DNA of 32,000 nucleotides from positions 390,001-422,000 of the forward strand of contig NC_004459.3 in the NCBI RefSeq assembly GCF_000039765.1. Reading direction: 5' to 3'. This DNA comes from Vibrio vulnificus CMCP6 (GTDB taxonomy: Bacteria; Pseudomonadota; Gammaproteobacteria; Enterobacterales; Vibrionaceae). Under the pieces are notes generated by a model. That model did no database searches. It saw only the letters and a list, made by a program, of their open reading frames with translations, and was not told the DNA's origin. Positions 25,207 to 32,000 of this stretch are shown piece after piece. Numbering within the stretch: position 1 is the first letter of the stretch; the number at the start of each line of letters is the position of its first letter. The position numbers were made by a program, and so were the translations under genes.

Positions 25207-26538
25207 TTGTCTTCTCTGACCAATCCAAACATCTTCACCGTTTCACGTTTAAATTCTGAAGTTCGTTTATTGCTTGAAAACCAATTAGGCATTGTTTGGT
25301 TAGTGGGAGAGATTTCTAACTTCTCTGCACCGGTTTCTGGTCACTGGTACTTCACCCTTAAAGATTCAATGGCACAAGTAAAATGCGCCATGTTTAGAGG
25401 GAATAACCGCCTCGTTTCTTTTAAGCCCACCAATGGTAATCAAGTGTTGGTCAAAGCACGTCTTTCGTTGTACGAGCCACGTGGTGATTATCAGTTGATC
25501 ATCGAAAGCATGCAGCCAGAAGGCGATGGTCGTCTGCAACAGCAATTTGATGCGTTAAAAATGAAACTGGCCAGCGAAGGGCTTTTCGCCCAATCCAGCA
25601 AACAGGCCATTCCAGAGCACCCGAAGTGTGTAGGCATTATCACCTCGAAGACAGGTGCAGCGCTTTATGACATTCTCGATGTACTGAAACGCCGAGATCC
25701 TTCTCTTCCTGTGGTCATTTATCCGACTCTGGTGCAAGGAGAAGAGGCCGCCATTCAAATCGCTCAAGCGATTGGTCGAGCAAACAGCCGTAACGAATGT
25801 GATGTCTTAATTGTCGGTCGTGGCGGTGGCTCATTGGAAGATCTTTGGTGCTTTAACAATGAAATTGTCGCCCGCACTATTGCTGCCAGCCAAATCCCAA
25901 TTATCTCTGCGGTTGGCCACGAGATTGATGTGACGATCGCAGACTTTGTTGCAGATTTACGCGCACCAACGCCATCCGCAGCAGCAGAACTGGTTAGCCG
26001 TGATAACAGCCACAAAGATCAAGCCTTAATGAGCCGTGAGCAAAAACTGCGCGCAGCATGGCGTCATTACCTCACCGAGCAAAATCGCACCATAGTCTCG
26101 CTGAGCCATCGACTAGAGAAACAGCATCCTCGCTATCGCTTGATGCGTCAGACTCAGCAAGCTGATGAGTTGCAGATCCGCTTACAACGAGCTATGGAAA
26201 AGTATCTGGCACAACGAGAACAAAAGGTATCTCGTGTTCAGCACAAACTGCAGTTGCTTTCACCTGTTCGTCAAATCAGTGAACAAAAAAATGCGCTTGC
26301 ACGAGTGGAACAGAAGATGATGGATGCAATGGACCGCAAGCTGCTAAGGTTGCGCCACCAGATCGCGATCGCGGCGGAGAAACTCGACACTGTAAGCCCC
26401 TTGGCGACACTGAAACGAGGCTACTCCATTACGCAAAGTGAATCAGGTGACGTGATTACGCGTCAATCACAAATTAAAACGGGCGACACTTTGGTCACCC
26501 GCTTATCCGATGGTGAAATACGCTCTACCGTGAACTAA
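25207..26538 (+). CDS. xseA: Exodeoxyribonuclease VII large subunit
   Basis: [16 protein letters not shown]...[24 protein letters not shown] is collinear with XseA. No in-frame ATG exists. TTG 25207 was chosen because it lies downstream of the predicted promoter, but the true start is uncertain (25153-25207). Confidence 0.93.
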   Translation: MSSLTNPNIFTVSRLNSEVRLLLENQLGIVWLVGEISNFSAPVSGHWYFTLKDSMAQVKCAMFRGNNRLVSFKPTNGNQVLVKARLSLYEPRGDYQLIIESMQPEGDGRLQQQFDALKMKLASEGLFAQSSKQAIPEHPKCVGIITSKTGAALYDILDVLKRRDPSLPVVIYPTLVQGEEAAIQIAQAIGRANSRNECDVLIVGRGGGSLEDLWCFNNEIVARTIAASQIPIISAVGHEIDVTIADFVADLRAPTPSAAAELVSRDNSHKDQALMSREQKLRAAWRHYLTEQNRTIVSLSHRLEKQHPRYRLMRQTQQADELQIRLQRAMEKYLAQREQKVSRVQHKLQLLSPVRQISEQKNALARVEQKMMDAMDRKLLRLRHQIAIAAEKLDTVSPLATLKRGYSITQSESGDVITRQSQIKTGDTLVTRLSDGEIRSTVN

Positions 26539-26570
26539 TCCATGGCTTAATCTGTGGTAACGGTTTGGGC

Positions 26571-26801
26571 TTATTCTGCGGGTTTCTCTTTGAACTGAAA
26601 GCGAATTCTTGATTTTGATTTAAGCTCGTTGCAGTGATTACAGAAGTAATTCGCCGCACCGCACGCTTGCAGTTTCTCTAATTCAGCCTCACATTCTGGG
26701 CAAAATCCAAGCTTGGTAAACTCTTTATCACACTGTTGGCAGTGATACTGTCCGTTCCACTCCAGCTCCTGCTGGCAAATCGGGCAATGATTCTCGTTCA
26801 T
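26571..26801 (-). CDS. yfgJ: YfgJ-family double zinc-ribbon protein
   Basis: CPxC..CxxC..CPxC..ACGAANYFCNHC pattern, and the same position (between xseA and der) as E. coli yfgJ. Confidence 0.75.
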   Translation of the reverse strand: MNENHCPICQQELEWNGQYHCQQCDKEFTKLGFCPECEAELEKLQACGAANYFCNHCNELKSKSRIRFQFKEKPAE

Positions 26802-26827
26802 TTTCTTTTCTCGTTGTCACTATGAGA

Positions 26828-27850
26828 TCAATTCAATCTTGCACTCACGGTTTGGTGAGCACGTTTTACTTGATACATGCAGATGTCAGCTTGACGAATA
26901 AGTGCATCCACGTTGGCCAAGGACTCACCTTCCGCATAGTCCGCGCCAATACTGACTGAAACAGAATAATCCTCGATCAAGAAGAACATTTTGATCTTGC
27001 TTTGTAATTGCTGATAAAACGCTTGGAACGCCTGTTTGTGCACAAATGGGCAAATCGCGACAAACTCATCACCTCCGTAACGAGAAATGACAGCGTGTTG
27101 AGGAAACTGCGCCATTAACCAATTGGCCAAATTGATTAACACGGCATCACCAACATCATGGCCAAACCGATCATTGATGTACTTAAACTCATCAACATCA
27201 ATAAAGAAACAGCCAATCCCATACTCACTGTGCCGAGCTGTTTCTAGCAAAGGTTCGGATTCCAAGTAGAAGATTCGTCGGTTGTAACACTGCGTCAGAG
27301 GATCGCGATTTACGTGATAGTGAAGTTGTTCTTCTAAGTGATACTTTTCTAGTGCTATCGAATAAAGCGCAGCGAGAAGATCCAAGATTTCCAGTTCTTC
27401 TTTTGCTGGTTTAGAAGGCATGTCGCTGTAAATGGCAAAGGTGCCCAGCACTTTATCTTGTCGGGAAACAATCGGGACGGACCAACATGCCGCCACATTC
27501 GCCGCTTTCGCTAACTCGGCATAGGGCTGCCAATTCGGGTGACTCTCAATATCACTCACGACCACGGACTTTCCGCTATAAGCTGCAGCTCCACACGATC
27601 CTACCCTTTCACCAATCTCGACACCTTCAATTGCTTGATTGTAAAAATCAGGAAGATTCGGGGCGTATTCAAGATGCAGCGTATTGTGCTGCGGATCCAG
27701 CTTCAAAATCGAGGCCTTACGAGATCCAAACAGATGCTCTGACAAGGATACAATTTCTCGATTTAACTGATCTTTCTCCAATCCTAAGGCTAACTTCCCC
27801 AACAATTGATTGATCGACCTATGGGCGTCCAAAAGTCTCATGCTATCCAT
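26828..27850 (-). CDS. GAF-domain diguanylate cyclase (GGDEF)
   Basis: N-terminal GAF-like domain (GSCGAAAYSGKSVVVSDIESHP), then DPLTQCYNRR...RYGGDEF. Confidence 0.88.
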   Translation of the reverse strand: MDSMRLLDAHRSINQLLGKLALGLEKDQLNREIVSLSEHLFGSRKASILKLDPQHNTLHLEYAPNLPDFYNQAIEGVEIGERVGSCGAAAYSGKSVVVSDIESHPNWQPYAELAKAANVAACWSVPIVSRQDKVLGTFAIYSDMPSKPAKEELEILDLLAALYSIALEKYHLEEQLHYHVNRDPLTQCYNRRIFYLESEPLLETARHSEYGIGCFFIDVDEFKYINDRFGHDVGDAVLINLANWLMAQFPQHAVISRYGGDEFVAICPFVHKQAFQAFYQQLQSKIKMFFLIEDYSVSVSIGADYAEGESLANVDALIRQADICMYQVKRAHQTVSARLN

Positions 27851-28169
27851 AACAGCGCTCTAGTGTACTAACTTTACTCAATATTATTATGATTTACCCT
27901 AGTGTTGTTGATTCACTCAGCAACTCTAGGGTATGGTTAGCTGGAGTTTAACAGAACGATAACATCAATAATCAGACCTTAAACACGCTTATCGGATCTT
28001 ATCTTGATCGTCTGGTTATTTTATTTTGATCAGCGATCTGCCTAAAAAAGAACATTTATATAACCACACCCCGAAAGCATAAGTTACATATGCTGCATTT
28101 CAATTTTAAACAACATAAAAATCCATATAGGCATATTTGAATCTGTATTTTTGGTTTTTTATATAAAGA

Positions 28170-29054
28170 TCATTTTTCTCTGTTGGGCGTGACTTGCGTG
28201 TGCATTTCAATGGTCTGCTCATCCAACAGCACCAATGTAACGGCAATCTCTTTCATTTCGAACAGCCCAGCAGCATGCGTTCCCCCACAAGGGATAATCG
28301 CCGTTGAGGCTTCTCCCAAATCACATTGCCAGTAACGAGAGTCGGTTAAATATTCGCCATGACAGTTCATGAATATTTCGGATCCGCGAGCAAGCCAGTG
28401 CTCAAGCTGTACATTGACCTCGGATTCAATCTCTTGAATATTTTCCACCACATCAGCACTGTTCAGCCCTCTTTTGCGTAGCGTTTTTCCCAGTCGATAG
28501 GTGTCTAGACAACACTCTGGCGTCACAACGCTACTCTCTTGAGCATAACTGTTAAAATCATAGTAACCATGAGGGTCTTTGCGATCGGCATCTTTGCGCC
28601 AGTAACCTTGCGCCAAGACTTTATTCAATGCCAGATAGGCTAAATGCCCTGCACTGTGACCTCGACTCAGGCTTTGTTGATATTCTTTGTCGACACTCAA
28701 TCGTACTTTGCTTCCAACAGAAAGTTGCCCACGCTCGGCTTCAATTTCATGAACCACTACGAAGCTCCATCCCTCTGTATCTCGCTTTACAGGTATCGCT
28801 TGATCAACAAACAGGCGCCCTGTAGAGCACTCTACAGCGCCAACCCAACAACCGATGATGGGCCACTCTTTGCCATCCGCGATAAGACTTCCCCGATCTG
28901 CAGGATGATCTGGCCAAATATGACTGACCGGATGAAATGGAGTGTGCTGAGTCACGACATAAAGAGAATGTTCATTGGCTGAAGTGAGTACAATGTCACT
29001 CTCCAACTGCCAGGTCTGATGACAAAAGCGAACCTTAGTGGGTGTTATCTGCAT
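28170..29054 (-). CDS. AlaX-like (alanyl-tRNA synthetase editing-domain related) metal-dependent hydrolase
   Basis: HSAGHL and CGGTHA zinc-binding motifs of the tRNA_SAD/AlaX fold. Confidence 0.7.
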   Translation of the reverse strand: MQITPTKVRFCHQTWQLESDIVLTSANEHSLYVVTQHTPFHPVSHIWPDHPADRGSLIADGKEWPIIGCWVGAVECSTGRLFVDQAIPVKRDTEGWSFVVVHEIEAERGQLSVGSKVRLSVDKEYQQSLSRGHSAGHLAYLALNKVLAQGYWRKDADRKDPHGYYDFNSYAQESSVVTPECCLDTYRLGKTLRKRGLNSADVVENIQEIESEVNVQLEHWLARGSEIFMNCHGEYLTDSRYWQCDLGEASTAIIPCGGTHAAGLFEMKEIAVTLVLLDEQTIEMHTQVTPNREK

Positions 29055-29130
29055 ATTTCTTATCTCAACAAAGAGGCATCATCCGCTCAACGAATGATGT
29101 GGCATGTTATCCATATTGGGAAACGGAAAA

Positions 29131-29160
29131 TAAAAAAATGCCCAAGTAAAACTTGGGCAT
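29131..29160 (-). terminator. der terminator
   Basis: atgcccaag / cttgggcat stem followed on the minus strand by T7. Confidence 0.85.
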
Positions 29161-29175
29161 CAAAAACAGTTCAGA

Positions 29176-30666
29176 TTATTTCTTGCGATTTTTTACCGCG
29201 CTCATCATGCGCTTACGTGCACGCTCTTGAGAAAGGGTCATCTTGTTGACACGGTTCTCAAACGGGTTATCACTGTTTTGGAACTGAATACGAATCGGCG
29301 TACCCATGATATCTAGTGACTTACGGAAGTAGTTCATTAGATAACGTTTGTAAGAATCCGGCAATTCGCGAACTTGGTTACCATGGATCACCACGATTGG
29401 CGGGTTATAACCACCTGCGTGCGCATATTTCAGTTTCACACGACGGCCACGAACCATCGGTGGTTGGTGATCTTCCGTTGCCATCTTCATGATACGCGTC
29501 AGTACAGATGTTCCTACACGAGTGGTTGCAGATCGGTAAGCTTCTTGTACTGATTCAAACAAATGGCCTACACCAGTACCGTGCAACGCAGAGATGAAGT
29601 GGATGCGAGCAAAATCGACGAAGCCAAGACGACGATCGAGCTCTTTCTTCACATTCTCTTTCACTTCGTTATCCAAGCCATCCCACTTGTTCACGGCCAG
29701 CACGATAGAACGACCCGCATTAAGTGCGAAGCCCAATAAGCTCAAGTCCTGATCCGAGATGTTTTCACGAGCGTCAATCACTAACAGTACAACGTTGGCA
29801 TCTTCAACGGCTTTCAATGTTTTAACAACAGAGAATTTTTCAACCGTTTCATGTACTTTACCGCGACGACGAACACCTGCGGTGTCGATCAACACGTATT
29901 CGCGACCATCACGTTCCATTGGAATGTAAATGGAGTCACGTGTGGTTCCTGGCATATCGTACACAACAACGCGTTCTTCACCCAAAATACGGTTAGTCAG
30001 CGTTGATTTACCCACGTTCGGACGACCAATAATAGCAAGCTTAATTGGCTGGTCTTGCAGTCGTTTCAGTGACTCTTCGGCATCTTCTTCAGAGTACTCT
30101 TGCTGTTCTGCGTCTTCATCTTCCATATCGGTCAGATCTTCGATCTCACCTTCGTTGTTGGCACTGAGAAGATTGTCAAAGAATGGATCGAGTGCACGTT
30201 CAATCAGCGCAGTCACACCACGTCCATGCGCTGCGGCAATTTGGTACATCTCATCAACGCCCAGTTGCCAAAAGTCTGCGCTGGCAGCATCCGCATCAAT
30301 GCCATCCACTTTGTTTACCACCAGCATGGTGGCTTTTTCGATTTTACGTAAATGGGCAGCAATCGCCTCATCGGATGGCGTCAATCCTGCGCGACCATCC
30401 ACCATGAACAACACAACGTCAGCTTCGCGGATCGCAGCAAGTGACTGTTCTGCCATTTTGGTTTCAACGCCTTCTTCAGAACCATCGATACCACCCGTAT
30501 CAATCACAATAAAGTCGTGCTCACCTACTTTGGCTTGACCATATTTACGGTCACGAGTCAGACCGGGAAAGTCCGCCACCAATGCGTCACGAGAGCGAGT
30601 CAATCGGTTAAACAACGTAGATTTACCTACGTTTGGACGACCGACTAGAGCAACAACAGGTATCAT
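29176..30666 (-). CDS. der: Ribosome-assembly GTPase Der/EngA (tandem GTPase domains plus KH-like domain)
   Basis: Two G1 motifs, [10 protein letters not shown] at both positions, with an acidic inter-domain insert. Start ATG 30666 with AGAGG upstream. Confidence 0.97.
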   Translation of the reverse strand: MIPVVALVGRPNVGKSTLFNRLTRSRDALVADFPGLTRDRKYGQAKVGEHDFIVIDTGGIDGSEEGVETKMAEQSLAAIREADVVLFMVDGRAGLTPSDEAIAAHLRKIEKATMLVVNKVDGIDADAASADFWQLGVDEMYQIAAAHGRGVTALIERALDPFFDNLLSANNEGEIEDLTDMEDEDAEQQEYSEEDAEESLKRLQDQPIKLAIIGRPNVGKSTLTNRILGEERVVVYDMPGTTRDSIYIPMERDGREYVLIDTAGVRRRGKVHETVEKFSVVKTLKAVEDANVVLLVIDARENISDQDLSLLGFALNAGRSIVLAVNKWDGLDNEVKENVKKELDRRLGFVDFARIHFISALHGTGVGHLFESVQEAYRSATTRVGTSVLTRIMKMATEDHQPPMVRGRRVKLKYAHAGGYNPPIVVIHGNQVRELPDSYKRYLMNYFRKSLDIMGTPIRIQFQNSDNPFENRVNKMTLSQERARKRMMSAVKNRKK

Positions 30667-30810
30667 AACAACCTCTACAATAATCTTTGATCTGTAGTTA
30701 TAGGTAACCACTTGCTTGATAGCACTTCAAACCAGCTTTTTACCTATAACCACAATCGTCTTGTCACGACTGCAATGTTGAACGTTGCAGCGTGTTATTA
30801 AAAATTAGCA

Positions 30811-30846
30811 ACAAAACGGCTCCTAACTGTCACCAGCCAGGAGCCG
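30811..30846 (-). terminator. bamB terminator
   Basis: cggctcct / aggagccg 8-bp stem followed on the minus strand by ttttgtt. Confidence 0.7.
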
Positions 30847-30867
30847 AATGTGAATTATATCACGATA

Positions 30868-32000
30868 TTATTCGTTGATCGTCAGTTTCTTTACATCGCC
30901 ATTGCGCGTTGTAATGACATAGCCATCTGGCAATACTGTTGGGCCAACGGCGAAACCACTGTCATTGATCATCTGCTGAGCCACGAACTCACCAGTAGTA
31001 CGATCTAACCAATGCAAATAGCCTTGGCTGTCTCCAACAACTAAGTAGTTATTCACCATGACAGGGGCGGTCAACAAACGATACTCTAGCTGTTCATTTT
31101 GCCACAGCTCGGTTCCGCTACGTGCATCGACAGCAACCACATGATCTTTATCAGTGACAACAAAAAGTCGACTGCCATCGGTCGCCATATCAATGGCTGA
31201 CGAATAATTACGCTTCCAAACGGCATTGCCTGAACGTAAATCGAGTGCGATAAGTTGGCCATTGTAACCAACAACGTAAAGCATGCCGCCAAGCACGATT
31301 GGCGATGAATCCACATCCACTAAACGATCGATTTCAGTCGCACCTTTTGGTGTACCAACAGGCTGTTGCCAGATCAACTGACCACGCTCAACAATAGCAG
31401 CCGCTAAACGGCCATTCGCCGTTCCCCAAAACACACCACCTGATACCGCCGTCGGCGTACTATCGCCGCGCAGAGTCAAGTTAGGTACTTCAGTGCTGAT
31501 GGTCCACTTTTGTTCACCATTGTCTTGGTCGAAGGCCATCAATACGCCATTGCTGGTATTCACAATCACTAGACCATTTTCAGCAACGGGCTTTGCTAAG
31601 ATCTCGCCGACTACAGAGATGCGCCAAGAGACTTCACCAGTCGCTTCGTCCAAAGCGATCAGATCACCATTTTCACTGCCAATGTAGACATGGCCGTAAG
31701 CCGCAGTTAAGCCACCAGACAATCTCGCTGTATCGCCTTGCTTGACGTTTTGGCTCCACAGTTGCTTACCTGATGTCGGTTCCAGAGCTCTCACCACACC
31801 ATCACGACTGGCGATAAATAGCTTGTCGTAAGCATATTCAGGAGAGAGTTTAGAGAAATAATGGCCTACACCGTTCCCCACACTGGTACTCCAAGCTGAT
31901 TGCGGAGTGAACTGGCTATTAACCTGTGGCAATGGCGCCATTACAATGGTGTCTTCTTCACTGGCACAACCCGCCAACACACCCACTGTAATCATGCCTA
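30868..32000 (-). CDS. bamB: Outer-membrane assembly lipoprotein BamB, 5' end probably outside the window
   Basis: Lipobox LAGC, then PLPQVNSQFTPQSAWSTSVG and repeated PQQ-like beta-propeller blades. Only 9 residues precede the Cys, which is too short for a signal peptide, and the frame stays open to the window edge. Confidence 0.9.
   Translation of the reverse strand, partial: GMITVGVLAGCASEEDTIVMAPLPQVNSQFTPQSAWSTSVGNGVGHYFSKLSPEYAYDKLFIASRDGVVRALEPTSGKQLWSQNVKQGDTARLSGGLTAAYGHVYIGSENGDLIALDEATGEVSWRISVVGEILAKPVAENGLVIVNTSNGVLMAFDQDNGEQKWTISTEVPNLTLRGDSTPTAVSGGVFWGTANGRLAAAIVERGQLIWQQPVGTPKGATEIDRLVDVDSSPIVLGGMLYVVGYNGQLIALDLRSGNAVWKRNYSSAIDMATDGSRLFVVTDKDHVVAVDARSGTELWQNEQLEYRLLTAPVMVNNYLVVGDSQGYLHWLDRTTGEFVAQQMINDSGFAVGPTVLPDGYVITTRNGDVKKLTINE

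Noticed and set aside
25062-25292. 76-aa minus-strand ORF across the guaB-xseA intergenic region
   Set aside because: It spans the divergent promoter region and the 5' end of xseA on the opposite strand, with no independent support.
29930-30538. 202-aa Ser-rich ORF on the + strand
   Set aside because: It lies entirely antisense to the well-supported der gene, and its low-complexity composition is typical of a shadow frame. The same reasoning applies to other antisense ORFs in the track, for example 15966-16463, 17531-18013, 13019-13369, 24366-24764, 23786-24202, 20449-20832 and 20967-21320.

Overview
The window looks like a Vibrio-type gammaproteobacterial chromosome, judged from gene content and the conserved guaBA / xseA / yfgJ / der / bamB backbone. 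It has two parts.

**Accessory region (1 to about 4150).** This stretch is AT-rich with little coding sequence.
- It contains several copies of the extreme 3' end of the tmRNA gene ssrA, in + orientation. The intact gene is not in the window.
- A direct repeat of about 100 bp (ssrA 3' end, terminator, first codons of a decayed integrase-like ORF) brackets a self-contained 2.5 kb module.
- That module encodes a HipA-family Ser/Thr kinase followed by an XRE/HipB-like HTH protein joined by an ATGA overlap. It has three identical palindromic operators spaced exactly 41 bp apart and its own terminator.
- Upstream lie two copies of a ~157 bp repeat with a conserved hairpin, and several very small ORFs.

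**Core region (4170 to 32000).** All genes here look intact.
- A tightly coupled six-gene minus-strand cluster: DedA/VTT membrane protein, ATP-grasp ligase, DinB-like protein, NRDE/TANGO2-like protein, periplasmic YHS protein, OlsF-like bifunctional acyltransferase.
- A Sua5/TsaC-type gene, a second DedA and a BCCT transporter.
- A pentapeptide-repeat K+ channel.
- LysR, dadA and an alanine symporter.
- satP and a GH19 chitinase.
- guaBA, xseA, yfgJ, a GAF-GGDEF cyclase, an AlaX-like protein, der and a 5'-truncated bamB.

I saw no rRNA, intact tRNA or tmRNA, CRISPR array or IS element.

The best candidates for something undescribed are the ssrA-linked HipA-like/XRE module with its operator array, the 157 bp repeat and small-ORF region, and the six-gene putative lipid-remodelling operon. 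All functional calls rest on motifs read by eye. No database search was possible.
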